Made by a program: the position numbers and the translations under genes
Shown here: positions 27,857-43,429 of the stretch, one piece after another
How the letters are laid out: the number at the start of each line of letters is the position of its first letter
How positions within the stretch are numbered: position 1 is the first letter of the stretch
The notes under the pieces: generated by a model
Seen by the model: the letters and a program-made list of their open reading frames with translations, nothing else
The model's database searches: none
What the model was told of the DNA's origin: nothing
Assembly: GCF_009914755.1 (NCBI RefSeq)
Contig: NC_060930.1
Length of the DNA stretch: 64,000 nt
Strand: one strand, 5' to 3'
From: the human T2T-CHM13v2.0 reference genome, Homo sapiens

Positions 27857-30705
27857 TCACTGTCTTTATCTAATCCTCACATCACATCAATCCTATGAGA
27901 TAAGCAGGAAAAAGGATCATTCCTGCCTTTACAAATGTAATTATTTTATTTGTGTGTGTCAAAAAAAGACACATATAAAATATACCATATTAATCATTTT
28001 TACTTGTACAGTTCGGTAGTGTTAAGTATACTTTCATCAGAGTGATATCAGGGAAAATGGCAGATAGGACACAGCACTAACTTGCAGCTCTCATTCAGAT
28101 GGACAGAACAGTGTGTAGGTGAACTTTTGCTCCAAGAACTACTGCAGGAACATACCAGGGAAACTAAAAGAATTCATAGACCCTTTGAAAGAAGCAGCTT
28201 GCTGCTGCAAACTCTGTGAGACAGCCAAAAAATTGTGAGTGCCCTAAGTGTGAGGGGGGAAAATTCACCTCTGAACACACATCCTCACTGGGGAACCTGA
28301 AAATCCACATCATGGGAGAAGGATTTAAACATACCTAGAGCTGAAATGAATTTAGAAAGTCGAGCAAACTGTAAAAGTAGAAGCAGCAGTGGGAAGAGCC
28401 CTGTAGGCACTCCCAGTCCCCAAGTAAGCCCAGGGAAGCCATTTCTGACTTTATCTCACAGGAGTCCTTGGAGACAGCAGCCAGTGGAATTGAGGAAGAG
28501 CCACAGGAAGAAGGAGATTTCCAGCTAAACTTCATAGTAATTTCGAATGAGCGTGCCTTTCCTGGGCCGAATCCAGGGATGGCAAATGGAAAGTGCAGAT
28601 ACAAGCCCAGAAACCATGGCAGGCAAAGAGGGGTGAGGCCTGAAAGCCCTGCTTACTTTCTCAGCAGGGAGGCTTGTAGCCTGAAGCAAAATCTCAGCCC
28701 TGCCCACTGGAGGCCTGGATATAAATTCGGCTCTGTTGGCTGTTGGGGAAGCATGGTGGAAGTGAGACTGGTCTTGCTGGCTGCGTGGGAACTGGGTGAG
28801 GCCTGTCACTCTCGGTTTTCCCCTATGTCCGTGGTGACCTGTACAAAGCAGCAGAGGCAGCCATAATACCCCTAGGAACATAACTCCACTGGTCTGAGAA
28901 CCACTCCCCCATTCCCCATATTAACTGCAGCAAGCCCCGCCCAAGGTAAGTCTGAGCTCAGACACACCTAAACCTGTCCCTACCTGATTGTCTTTCTCTA
29001 CCTATCCTGGTAGCCAAAGACAAAAGACATAATCTCATGGGAGCTCTATGGCCCCACTCATCACCTGAGAAACCTGAATACTTATCCAAGTGACTTTAGG
29101 GCAAGCTTGTATCCCCCCTATACTACTGCAGCTGATGCTCTCTTTAAAGCACCACCTCCTGGCTGGAGGGCAACCAACTCAAGTCATTACAGCAACTCAT
29201 AACAGAACAACTCTGCTCCAAGGAGGAAGAAAACAATAGCTAATTCCATCACCTCTAACATCCTAGATAACCAGAGGTCCTGAACCAGTCCATACGACAA
29301 CTTCACTGCTAGCATAACCAGCATTTGAGAAAACCAGCACACTAAACAACACTACAACCAAGGACTCTCACAGAGTCCATTTCACTCCCCTGCTACCTCT
29401 AATAGAGCAGGTGCTGGTATCCAAGGCTGGAAGACCTGAAGATGGATCATATCGCAAGACTCTTTGCAGACACTACCCAGTACAAGCCCAAAGCCCAGTA
29501 GCTCCACTGGGTAGCTAGACCCAGAAGAACAATAACAGTCACTGCAGTCCAGCTCTCAGGAAGCCCCATCCCTAGGGTAAGTGAAAGAGCACCACATCAA
29601 GGGATCGCCCCATGCGACGAAAGAATCTGAACAACAGCTCTTAAGCCCCAGATCTTCCCTAGGACATAATCTATTCAAATGAGAAGGAACCAGAAAAGCA
29701 ATTCTGGTAATGTGACAAAACAAGGTTCTATAACACCTCAAAAGATCACACTAGCTCACCAGCAATGGATGTAAACCAAGAAGACATCTCTGAACTGCCA
29801 GAAAAAGAATTCAGAAGGTCTATTATTAAGCTACTCAAGGAGGATCCAGAGAAAGGTGAAAACCAACTTAAAGAAATTAATAAAATAACACAGGATATGG
29901 ACAAAAAACTCAGAAAAATAGGTGGCATAAATAAAAAACAATCACAACTTCTGGAAATGAAAGACATATTTAGAGAAATGCGAAATACACTGGGAAGTTT
30001 CAACAGTAGAATTGAGCAAGTAGAAAAAAAAACTTCAGAGCTCAAACACAAGGCTTTTGAATTAACCCAATCTGACAAAGACAAAGAAAAAAGAATTTAA
30101 AAAAATGATTGAAGCCTTTAAGAAGTTTGGGATTATGTTACATGACCAAACCTAAGAATAATTGGTGTTTCTGAGAAAGAAGAGAAATCTAAAAGTTTGG
30201 AAAACGTATTTGGGGGAATAATTGAGGAAAACTTCCCTGGCTTTGCTAGAGATCTAGACATCTATATACAAGAAGCTCAAACAACATCCAAGAAATTTGT
30301 CACAAAAAGATCATCACCTAAGCACATAGTCATCAGGTTATCTAAAGTCAAGATGAAGGAAAGAATCTTAAGAGCTGTGAGATAAAGCATCAGATAACCT
30401 ATAAAGGGCAACCTATCAGATTAACAGCAGATTTTGCAGCAGAAACCTTTCAAGCTAGAAGGGAATGGGGTCCTATCCTTAGCCTCTTCAAACAAAATAA
30501 TTATCAGCCAAGAATTTTGAATCCAGCAAAACTAAGCTTCATAAATGAAGGAAAGATAAAGTCTTTTTCAGACAAACAAATGCTGACAGAATTCGCTACT
30601 ACCAACCCAGCACTACAAAAACTGCTAAATGGAGTTCTAAATCTTGAAACAAAACCTCAAAATAGAATCTCCTTAAAGTATAAATCTTATAAAACGTAAC
30701 ACAAA

Positions 30706-31051
<346 letters not shown>

Positions 31052-33365
31052 CTAGCACAATGAATAGAATAGTACTTAACATCTCAATACTAACGTTGAA
31101 ATAAATGGCCTAAATTCTTCACTTAAAAGATACAGAATGGCAGAATGGATAAGAATCCACCAACCAAGTATCTGCTGTCTTCAACAAACTCACATAAGGA
31201 CTCACATAAACTTAATATAAAGGGATGGAAAAAGATATTCCATGCAAATGGATGACAAAAGCAAGCAGAAATAGCTATTCTTACATCAGACAAAACAGAC
31301 TTTAAAGCAACAACAGTTAAAAAAGTCAAAGGGGGACATTATATAATGATGAAAGGACTAGTCCAACTGGAAAATATCACAATCCTAAATATATATGCAC
31401 CAAACACTGGAGCTCTCAAGTTTATAAAACAATTACTACTAGACCTAAGAAATTAGACAGACAGAACACAATAATAGTGGGGAACTTCATTGCTCCACTG
31501 ACAGCATGAGACAGATCATCAAGACAGAAAGTCAACAACGAAACAATAGACTTAAACTAGAAACAATAGACTTAAACTAGATACCCTAGAAAAAATGGAC
31601 TTAACAGATAGGTATCTACCCAACAGAACATTCTACCCAATAACTGCAGAATATACATTCTATTTATCATCATCTGAAACATTCTTCAAGATAGACCATA
31701 TGATAGGCCACAAAACAAGTCTCAATAAACTTAAGAAAACTGAAATTATGTCAAGTACTCTCTCAGACCACAAAGGAATAAAATTGGAACTCAAGTTCAA
31801 AAGGAACGTGCAAATCATGCAAATACATGGAAATTAAATAATGTACTTCTGAACGATCATTATGTCAACAATGAAATCAAGATTGAAATTTTGAAATTCT
31901 TTGAACTGAACTCTAATAGTAACACAAACTATTAAAACTTCTGAGACAGGAAAAGTGGTGCTAAGAGGAAAGTTCATAGCATTAAATACCTACATCAAAA
32001 TGTCTGAAAAAGTGCAAATAGATACTATAAGGTCACACCTCAAGGAACTAAAGAAACAAGAAAAAAGCAAACCCAAGCCTAGCAGAAGAAAGGAAATAAC
32101 AAAGATCAGAGCAGAACTAAATAAAATTGAAACAAAAAAATACAAAAGATAAATGAAAGAAAAAGCTGGTTTTTTCAAAAAGATAAACAAAATTGATTGA
32201 TCATTAATGAGATTAAACAAGAAAAGAAAGGAAAAGAGAAGAGCCAAATAAGCTCAACTAGAAATGAAATGGGAGATATTACAACCAATACCACAGACAT
32301 ACAAAAAACCATTCAAGCCTACTATGAATACCTTTATGCCCACAAAATACAAAACCTATAGGAAATGAATAAATTACCAGAAATATAAAACTCTTCTAGA
32401 TTAATCCAGGAAGAAATAGAAACTCTGAACAGACCAATAACAAACAACAAGATTGAAATGGTGATAAACAAATTACCAACAACAAAAAAAGTCCAGGACC
32501 AGATGAACTCACAGCAGAATTCTATCAGACACTCAAAGAAGAATTGGTATTAATCCTACCAAAATTATTCCAAAAGATAGAAAAAGAGGGAGTCCTCCCC
32601 AAATCATTCTATGAAGCCAGTATCACCCTAATACCAAAACCAGAAAAGGACATAACAGAAAAAGAAAACTATAGACCAATATCCCTGATGAACGTACATG
32701 CAAAATTCCTCAACAAAATACTAGCTGAGTCCAGTAGCTTATCAAAAAGATAATCTGCCATGATTAAGAGGGTTTCATACCAGGGATGCAGGGATGGTTT
32801 AACATACACAAGTCAATAAATGTGATACACCACATAAACAGAATTAAAAACAAAAATCATATGATCGTCACAATAGATGCAGAAAAAGCATTTGACAAAA
32901 TCCAGCATCGCTTTATGATTAAAATCCTCAGCAAAATTGGCATAAAAGGGACATAGCTTAAGGTAATGAAAGCCATCTATGACAAATCCACAGACAACAC
33001 TGTACTAAATGGGGAAAATTTGAAAGCATTCCCCCTGAGAACTGGAACAAGACAAGGATGCCCACTTTCACCAATCCTATTCAACATGGTATTGGAAATC
33101 CTAGACAGAGCAATCAGATAAGAGAAAGAAATAAAGGGCATCCAAATCAGCAAAGAGGAAGTCAAACTGTCTTTTTTGGCCAATGATACAATTGTATATC
33201 TAGAAAACCTTCAAGACTCATCTGAAGAGCTTCCAGATCTGATAAATGAATACAGCAAAATTTCAGGATACAAAATCGATGTACACAAATCAGTAGCACT
33301 GCTATACACCAACAGCGACCAAACTGGGAATCAAATAAAAAACTCAATTCCTTTTACAATAGCTA

Positions 33366-33436
33366 CAAAACAAAACAAAACAAACAAAAAACAACAACAA
33401 AAACAACAACAAACAAAACAAAACAAAACAAAAAAA
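33366..33436 (+). repeat. (CAAAA)n/(CAA)n compound microsatellite inside L1PB ORF2
   Basis: CAAAACAAAACAAAACAAACAAAAAACAACAACAAAAAC... Confidence 0.9.
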
Positions 33437-36400
33437 CTTAGGAATATACCTAACCAAGGAGGTGAAAGACCTCTACAACGAAAACTACAAAACATTGCTG
33501 AAAGAAATCATAGAATCATAGATGACACAAACAAATGGAAACACACCCCATGTTCATGGATGGGTAGAATCAATACCATAAAAACGACCATACTGCCAAA
33601 AGTAATCTACAAATTCCATGAAATTTTCATCAAAATACCATCATCATTCTTCACAGAACTGGAAAAAACATCCTAAAACTCATATGGAACCAAAAAAGAG
33701 CCTGCATAGCCAAAGCAAGACTAAGCAAAAAGAACAAATCTGGAGACATTACATTACCTGACTTCAAATTATACTACAAGGCTATATTCACCAAAACAGC
33801 ATGGGACTGGTATAAAAATAGGCACATAGACCAACGGAACAGAATAGAGAACCTACAAATAAAGCCAAATACTTACAGCCAACTGATCTTTGACAAAGCA
33901 AACAAAAATATAAAGCGGGGAAAGGACACCCTGTTCAACAAATGGTGCTGAAATAATTGGCAAGCCACATATAGAAGAATTAAACTGGATTCTCATCTCT
34001 CATCTTATACAAAAATCAAGTCAAGATGGATCAAAGGCTTATATCTAAGACCTGAAACCATAAACATTCTAGAAGATGACACTGCAAAAACTCTTCTAAG
34101 ACATTGGTTTAGGCAAAGAGTTCATGACCAAGAACCCAAAAGCAAATGCAACAGAAACAAAGATAAATAGATGGGACTTAATTAAACTAAAAATCTTCTG
34201 CACAGCAGAAGAAATGATCAGCAGAATAAACAGACCACACAGAGAGAGGAAGAAAATTTTCTCAAACTATGCAACTGACAAAGGACTAATATCCAGAATC
34301 TACAAGGAACTCAAACAAATCAGCAAGAAAAAAACCAAATAATCCCATCAAAATGTGGGCTAAGGACATAAATAGTAAATTCTCAAAAGAAGATATACAA
34401 AATGGCCAACAAACATATGAAAAAATGCTCAACATCACTAACTATCAGGGAAATGCCAATCAAAACCACAATGCAATACCACCTTACTTCTGCAAGAATG
34501 GCCATAACTTAAAAATAAAAAAATTATAGATGTTGGCATGGATGTGGTGAAATGGGAACACTTTTACACTGCTAGTAGGAATGAAAAAACAGTACAGAGA
34601 TTCCTTAAATAACTAAAAGTACATCTACCATTTGATCCAGCAATCTGACTACTGGGTGTCTCCCCAGAGGGAGTCATTATATGAAAAAGACACTTGCACA
34701 TGCATGTTTACAGCAGCACAATCTGCAATTGAAAAAGTATGGAACCAGCCCAAATGCCCATTAATCAACAAGTGGATTTTAAAAAATGTGAAATATATAT
34801 ATATACACACACACACACCATGGAATACTACTCAGTCATGAAAAATAAAATAATGGCATTTGCAGCAACCTGGATGGAGTTGGAGACCATTATTCTGAGT
34901 GAAGTAACCCAGAAATGGAAAACCAAACATTGTATGTTCTCACTTATAAGTAGGAGCTAAACTGTGAGGATGCAAAGGCATAAGAATGATACAATGGACT
35001 CTGGGGACTCAGAGGGAAGAATGGGATGGTAGTGAGAGATAAAAGACTACACATTGGGTACAGTGTACACTGCTTGGGTGATGGGTGAACCAAATTCTCA
35101 AGAACTTATCAATGTAACCAAACACCACCTCTTCCCCCAAAACTACTGAAATTATTTTAAAAGTATATTTCCATCATTATGAAACACATTTTTGGAACTT
35201 TTACCTCTTGCAGAACTGAAATTTTACACCAATTAAACAACAAATTCCCCTTTCTCCTGCTAGCAACCTCTGGAAACCACCTTTCTGTTTTCTATTTCTA
35301 TGAATTTGACTACTTTACCTCATGTAAATGGGATCGTAGAGTAATTGTCTTTTTGCGTCTGGCTTATTTCACCTAGCATAATGTTTTAGCATGTGACAGG
35401 ATTTCCTTGTTTTTAAGGCTGCATAGTATTCCACTCTACATTTGTACCATATTTTGTTTATTCATTCATTTGTCCATGAACATGTGGCTTGCTTCTGCCT
35501 CTTCCTGGCTATTGTTAATAATGCTGCTGTGAATGTAGATGTGTAAATGTGTCTTTGTTACTCTGCTTTCAATTATTTTGGTTACAGTACACTCAGAAGT
35601 GGAATTGCTGGATCATACAGTAATTCTTTCTTTAATTTTTTGAGGACATGCCATCATATTTTCCATAGCATTTGCACCATTTTACCTTTGCATCCACATT
35701 GCACAAAGGGTCAAACTTGATTCTTAAATACCACGAAGTTGGCAATATTATATATGCAGAAACCAAGACATATGCTGCAGCCTTACAGATAATACAGGGT
35801 GGAATTGAAACATGCCCCAGGTCTTAACACAACTTAGTGCCTTGAATTATTCTATTTACTGCCTAAAATTCTCAGTGGTGTAAATGATACAAATGTTATT
35901 TTCTGTCATGGCTAAGTGTGATTATCTCTGTCAGAGTCTCTGTGAGAATTTCAGTGAATGGATTTGTCTACATTTTGAGAGTTTAAATCCTTCCCCTTCT
36001 TTCTCAGTTCTGCTACTGTTCACTTCCAGCAGCACCACCCTGTCTTACATTCCAAAATTATAGAACATAGGTACACCAGCTCATTGATTGTTATCCATGC
36101 CAAGTTACAGTCCCTCTCCACTATTCATAAATTAACTGAAGTCTTGAACTTGGAAACAGAATGATGCCCCATTGGCCTAGTGCTCGAGAAGGAGTCCTGA
36201 GTGGCTAACACCGTAACCTGAGCTACATGTGTTTGCTAACCCTGCAAGATGTTATCTCTGGGCCAGGCACATGAAGCCAGAGGAAGAACTAACTCTTGGC
36301 TGTATTGCTGGATTTTTCCACCAAAGAATTATTGCAGGAAGACAGGTCACAAAGTCAAGGCATATATTACCAAGCAGGGAATACCATCTGAGGCAAAAAC

Positions 36401-37708
36401 AAATACCAGCAGGAAAAAAGGAAAGCCTGACCCACTCTCCCTCACACGTCTCACCTCAAAGATGTTAGTAGTTGGAAGCTGTTTCAATAATGATAGTCAA
36501 ACTTGATGACAATGCTCTCAAAAACCATCCATGCAATCCTGTTATTTTACATCTCCTTGGTCAGGCAGCCGATGAAGAAAGGAAGGTCATTGCCATGGGG
36601 AAGGATGTGACTGAATGTCGTCCTGCAGACCTAATACTTTCCTCATTTACACGTGGCTCAGATCAGCTTTCTAAGGTTTTTGTGCTCTAAATTGTCAAGG
36701 GACCTGCTGTTAAATATAAAATAGTGATCTCTGACACTGGTGTGCACATATCAACATTTAAAGAAAGGATGCTTTTTAAACATGAATGAAATAGCAAATA
36801 ATGTGCTAAAAACTGGAAACTGACATATCAAGACGAACTAGAAATACACTCCCCTATAGAAGAAGACATTGAGGAAATTTGCCTGTCTTGAATTTGGCAT
36901 TGGATAAACGGGAGAAAACATCTTCCTGAAGAATTTATAATTGCATTCCGGCACGTATGTGGGTTTGGTACCCAATTTTGCACTTCCACTTTGGTACAAA
37001 GAAAACTGAATTCAATCCAAGGCCTTGGGAAATAAGTCTTGACCCCTCTAGGTCCTTCTTCTCTTCAATGATCAAAGCCTAAATCTTATAATAAATTATC
37101 TAATTATTCATCTTCACATTGCACTTTCTTATAGATTGTAAATACCTCCGGAAATCAATAACACATGAAGATATTATTAGCCAGGTATCTACTGTGACTC
37201 CATTTATAACTATTAATATAGCTAAAGCAGTGAATTCTTCTGAGTCTCAGAATTCATCAGTTCCCAAAGACTGAACCATGTTAAGGAATGGAAGGTAATT
37301 GGAACTGACATTTTGAATCAGGTGTCTATTAAAATGATTTCTTATTTAATTTAATAAAATTCCTAACGTGCAGGTTATAATTATTGTTACCATTGCCAAC
37401 TGAAGCATAGCAATGAAGTAACTCACCTAAAGTCAGAATAAGTAAATCCAAACTACATTTCTAGTCCACTATATACATTGCCTCGCTAAGCTTCTTTCTA
37501 CACATTCTATTGTTATGGCAGAATTTAAAAATCAGAACTTGTTTGCTGCCCTATAGTTAATAATATGTCCTCTATTATATATTATAATACATATTGTAGT
37601 AACTACACTTTACTGTATTTAATCTTCTCCCCAGTGAAAGGAAATTTGATGTAATAATTTATCCTCATTTATAGATTAATGTCTCAACGTGAATAAAACA
37701 TCTGAAAG

Positions 37709-38145
<437 letters not shown>

Positions 38146-38791
38146 TTAAGAAGCTTACATTTTAATGGGGAAAGACATTAACTAAACAAATAAAAAGATT
38201 AATAATAGCATTTAAGAAAATGGTAATGGCTACAAAGAAATAGAATGTGAGTACTCAAAAGAATGATTCAACATCAAAAACATGTCATTACATGAGACAC
38301 TGAAAAAAATCAATGCTTAGGAGACAGAGCTGAAATCTTTACATTAGAAAGTTTTTAAAGCTAAAATTTAAATAGCAACCAAATTAGGAAGTTAAAAAAG
38401 AACAGCAAGGAAGAAAGGAGAAGAATGAAATGATAAAGCTGAATTTGAAATTACTAAAATAGAAGGCAAAAATGAATTAGAGAAATTATCAGAGCCATTA
38501 TTATTCTGTATAAATGCTAATAAAATTGACAGCATCATGGCAGAATGGATCAAGACAAAAAGACACATTTTTAAAAAACTATGTTATCAAAATTGACTCC
38601 AGAAAACTTTTAATAGAAAACTAGCCTTTTATGACAGTAAATCATTAATTTAAAATCATAAAAAGAAAGAAAAAACCCTAGGCACATCAGTGTAGCTAAT
38701 GTAAATCAGTCTAATTTACAAAGAAAAGGATTTGGTGTAGGGTATTCATCTTTATAAAATCTCTGCTAGGGTTGAAGAGCAGACTCAAGGC

Positions 38792-39013
38792 CAGCAGTTG
38801 GCAAACATTTTCTGTAAAGGAAAAAAATCATAAATTTTTCAGGCTTTATGGGTCACATACAACCTCTGTCACATATTATTCTGCTTTTGTTTGTTTTTAT
38901 TTTTGTTTTTGATTTTTAACAACCCCTTAAAAATATAAAAACCATTTTTAATTCAAGGGTTATATAAAACATGCCATGAATCAGTGCTGCAAGCTGCAGT
39001 TTGCCAAGTCCTG
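38792..39013. mobile_element. MER58C-like hAT element
   Basis: CAGCAGTTGGCAAACATTTTCTGTAAAGG ... AACCCCTTAAAAATATAAAAACCATT ... GCAGTTTGCCAAGTCCTG (inverted termini). Confidence 0.7.
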
Positions 39014-39560
39014 CTCTAGGCTGAACATTCTGGAAGGATTCCCAGAAATTAATTAAAGGAGCTTTCAAAGGAGTAAGTACACCAGGAAAGAGGAAGATGT
39101 GGGATCCAGGTAACAGGCAATCTAACACATGAGAGAAATGAAAGAAATTCCCTAGTGGAAGAGAAGAAATGCTTGCTCCAAGAGGATATTGTGTAGCAGG
39201 CCTGGAGGGCAATCAACTCGTGTGAGAGCAGGAGGAGGAAGGTTCTGGAATATTGACTTCAGGAAAAAGATGAAACTGATAGGTTTAACTGATGTATTTA
39301 ACTACATGAAAGGGAGTTTTACTGATTATTGGTGAGTTAAAGGATGAATTTGTGTTAGCTGCATAGAAAACCAAGCAAACTAAAAATCAGAGCAATAATT
39401 GACTACAGGAAAAATGATCAGCTATACAAAAAGGGAAACGAAATCATAGTATCCTACATGATTCAATTATTAATAATTAGGGTAGGAATGAAGAAGCATG
39501 TAAGAATGTTAAGCACTCATTTTCTGAGCAAAATGTCAATAAATAATTAACAACTTTAAA
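39014..39560 (+). mobile_element. HAL1/old L1-like fragment
   Basis: GGAGTAAG...CCAGGAAAGAGGAAGATGTGGGATCCAGGTAACAGG resembles HAL1. Confidence 0.5.
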
Positions 39561-39570
39561 ATTGAGAAAT

Positions 39571-39910
39571 GCTGGGCGCGGAGGCTTATGCCTGTAATTC
39601 CAGCATTTTGGGAGGCCAAGGTGGGAGAATCACTTAAGGCCAGGAGTTAGAGACTAGGCTGGGCAACATAGTGAGAACTATCTCTACAAAAAATTAAACA
39701 AAATTAGCCTAGGGTGGTGGCATGTGCCTGTAATCCCAGCTACTCGAGTGACTGAGGTGGGAGGATCACTTGAGCCCAGGAGGTCAAGGTTGCAGTGAAA
39801 TGAGATTACACCACTGGACCCCAGCCTGGGCAACAGAGGGAGATCCTTATAATAAAATAAAATATAAAAAATAAAATAAAAATAAATAAGAATAAAATTA
39901 AATATAAATA
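39571..39910 (+). mobile_element. AluJ with an (AAAAT)n tail
   Basis: GGGAGGATCACTTGAGCCCAGGAGGTCAAGG right arm (AluJ diagnostic). Confidence 0.92.
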
Positions 39911-42646
39911 CAATTCAAGAAATTATCATATAAGCACATAATTATTTAAAACATGGTACTAAATGTTGGAAGATAGCCAATGTTCTGATTGAAAGTTCCT
40001 ACCTTCTAGTCCCATATCATCTGCCTCTTAATAATGGCAAAATGAATCTGGTTTTTCAAGGAGGCAATAATTGATTCTGGGGCTCTCAAAGATCTATTAT
40101 TAATTTTTCTGCCCATGATGTATAAAACCAATTTACTTTATTGGATATGTGCATTTTTAGCTTTATGTAAATGCTATTACTCTCTTAGTATTGTGATATC
40201 TAGATGCTCCAAATGTCTCCCCATGAGCAGTACCATGTTCCAGAGGATATGCTTAGTGCTAAGCTATTATCTGCCATTCCTGATAATGGATTCCCTTTCA
40301 AAACTCAATAACCTGGCATATACATGAAATATAATAGCAATAATAGCAATTCACACATTTTTGTCTCCTGTTCACTCAGGACCTACCCCTGTCAGTATCT
40401 TTTGAAATGTCTTCTAATTTCAAAATAATAATAATTATTGAAACCTGAGAAGAATGGAAGAGAGTGGTTTTGTTATCCACATTTACATGGGTCATTGCTA
40501 ACTCTTTGCTTTACTTCTTGCTCTTTAAAATTAGAGCACTTTATTTTCTATCTTCAGGAAAAGCTAATTAGGGAAATAAAATGCCCTCAAAATTCTTATT
40601 GGCTTTCTGTGCTACTGTGTTCAACATGAACTAAAGCTTAACAATTAGTTCCTATTTTCCTATAGTTCTAATAATTTTTATATCCTTCTTTCTTCACATA
40701 TGTGTGTGTTTATTTTGTGTATTAATATACATATTTACAATAGACTATAAAAGCTATGTCCATGCATCTATGTAGATATATATATATTTCAACCACTGTA
40801 TATTATCATTATATGTTTTCATCCAATTATAAAAATATAAAATATTATTGATCTATAGCACTCTATTTTCCCATAGCTGTCCATTTCAGTTGAGGTTTCC
40901 ATGACTGTTGTTTGCTGATAATTGCATGCATTTACTGATTTGCTTATCACTTCCTTATTGTACTACCTACTGTGTCATTTGTAATGTCAACTACAAATAC
41001 GTTTTGAAAAGAATGAGATACAAATAAATCTAATAAATAAAATATGAATCAAAAAACTGTGTGGAAAAGATATTTATGGCATATATTTAGGAGGCTTTAC
41101 TATGTTCAGGAGATGATACAGACTACTGAAACCACAATTGATAATATTTTATTAAAATTAGATGCTTGGATTATGATCAGTGAACCGTATGCTTACATAT
41201 GCCAATGGCTTTTAGTTTAATCACTTTTGTCTAAACCTATCATGTCTTAAATATATGTTGATGCCACGGTAGTTCTAGAATATCTAAAATTTCTAGCCCA
41301 ATGAGAAACAATGCCATTTTATATTTTTATACATTTTTATAAATGTTAAAAATGTGGATAAACAGCTATCAGAATGGAGTTGCTAGTCAAAGTCTACAAT
41401 CTTTCAATGCTCCCTAGCCCATCTCTCTAGTATGCATTCTTATTGGCCCATTTCCAAAGAGCTGCAAGTTTGTGTTGAAAGCCGTGGGCACATCCCTGTG
41501 ACTACAATGCTATGGTACAGTGGACAAAGTCCACAGAATTCTCCCGAAGGTAGAAAAGACATTAAATGGCTTTCTTTCCTTGAGTTCTTAGCTGGAGACA
41601 GAACAAAGCAACCTGTTCACTGCCCTCTACAGAAATTTGAATCTAATCAAGGGCTAAAAATTAATCATGTTTTTACAGGAAGAACGACATCAGGAAGCTT
41701 TTCTAGCTGGGGGGAAAAATGAGGATGGAAATAAAGCAATGCACTTCACAAATTTGAGAGTTCTGAAAATGACTCATCAAGCAATCATGTCAGGAATGCC
41801 TGGCTGTTAGCAGATGGCTGGTTGGGGTGTCAGACCAGCTTCTTGAGATCCAGGTTGAGGGATAGTGTCTCTCCTTCAGAACAGACCTTGGTGTAAACTT
41901 GCTGGGATCCACTCCAATCTAGGGATGGAGACTGTGGTCTTCTAAGGGGAGTTGGAGGGTGCTGTGCTCTCAGCTGTTGGTTGAATTTGGAAGGAGGAGA
42001 TTTGTCTCAACACTCTTGTCTGTATCCTGAAACAATAGAAGCAGCCCTGCCTAGTGTCTTGGTGGGGCTCCAAGTTGATGCAGCACATTTTTGGAAGTGC
42101 ATATATTTCTGGGAGTGTGGGTAGTGATTCAATTCATACAAATATATGCCCTTAGATGTGACAAATACCACCTTGTCTATTACCTTTTAATCTCAGTTAA
42201 TCATGCGTCATGATTAATTATGATGCTTCTTATTTACTGTATAATACAATGTAACTTTTATATCATTTAATTTTTCATGTAATTCTCTTATCTACCTCAG
42301 CCAACTGTTAAGCTCATTAAGAGCAGGGATCGTGCTTTTTACTCTTTTGTGATCCCCCCACAGCATCTTATTATCATCTTTTCAACCAAAACATTGTTAT
42401 TAAGAGTCTCTGATGTCCATGGACTATTTTTTCAGAGGTGATAGTTGTTATAAAATAAAAAACAGACTGTCATAACATAACACCAAAACTGGCTTGTGAA
42501 TATGGGTTGTAGTACACTTATTTGGAAATAAGCCTTAAGATTGGGTTATTTAAGTGGGGTACCTACTAATGTAACTATTCACGAGACACAAGAATCATGA
42601 CAGTAATAATCAGGGACGCATTATTGAGTTTAACAATACCTTAGAG

Positions 42647-42952
42647 CAGTGTTTCCCAAACTGCCCTCTTTGGTGTGACAGTTACAGCATAAATCAGTAA
42701 ATCAGTAAGTGTTCAATGCACACAATGTTTGAATGATTGAGTTTGGGAAATGGTGCCTATTATATCACTCATATGAAAACTTCCCAATGTGTGTAATTAT
42801 AGTAATGATTCTGTCAAGTCTTCTGTTAAGAAATCTGCTTAACTTTGTTTAACTCCATGTATTCTTGCAGGCCACCCCCCTTTAATTTTTAATGACTTAT
42901 GAATTTTTCAAAAGGCACTCGTGTTCCAAGGAGCACCATTTGGAAAAGGTTC
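42647..42952. mobile_element. MER103C-like hAT element
   Basis: CAGTGTTTCCCAAACT...GTTTGGGAAA...AAGAAATCTGCTTAACTTTGTTTAAC...GTGTTCCAAGGAGCACCATTTGGAAA. Confidence 0.65.
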
Positions 42953-43429
42953 CCTAAGGAGTTTATTCTTTATATCAGTTATTTTTGATGACAACAAAGG
43001 GGCTTGTTGGGGAAAACCACAGCTGCTGTCTGTAATGAGAACGACATGCAGTTTACTCTGCCTGTGTCATTGGTACACTGTCTCTCCTTCCTGAGAAGCA
43101 GACACCAACTTGTAAGCAGGAGGGTAAGGGAGTAGTTTTTAGGCTAATTTTTATCTTTTCCCCTTCTCCCCCACACTTACCAGTCTTGCCTGTCCTTTTT
43201 TGTAGTGGAGTACTCATTTCCAGATTCTCATCCCATATTACTAAATGTCAACAAATTATTAATATGTCCTTTAATAACCACAGAAATGAGTTGTTGCTTA
43301 TTGTTGAATCTGTTAATCCTTTCAACTTGTCTGTGTTCTCTCCGTAAGATCAATATTCTGTGATATTTGAGAGAGAATGAAAGAGACATAATACCTGCTC
43401 TCTTGATAGTTTTTTCCCTTTATCCCCTA

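Noticed and set aside
36860-36954. Possible exon TAG|AAGAAG...GCAC|GTATGT
   Set aside because: Stops in all three frames and mediocre splice sites.
41740-42165. Possible ancient LTR
   Set aside because: GC-richer block ending in TGTGACA, but I cannot match it to a family or find a TSD.
42197-42217. Hairpin TTAATCATG-cgt-CATGATTAA
   Set aside because: A 9-bp AT-rich stem is within chance expectation for 64 kb.
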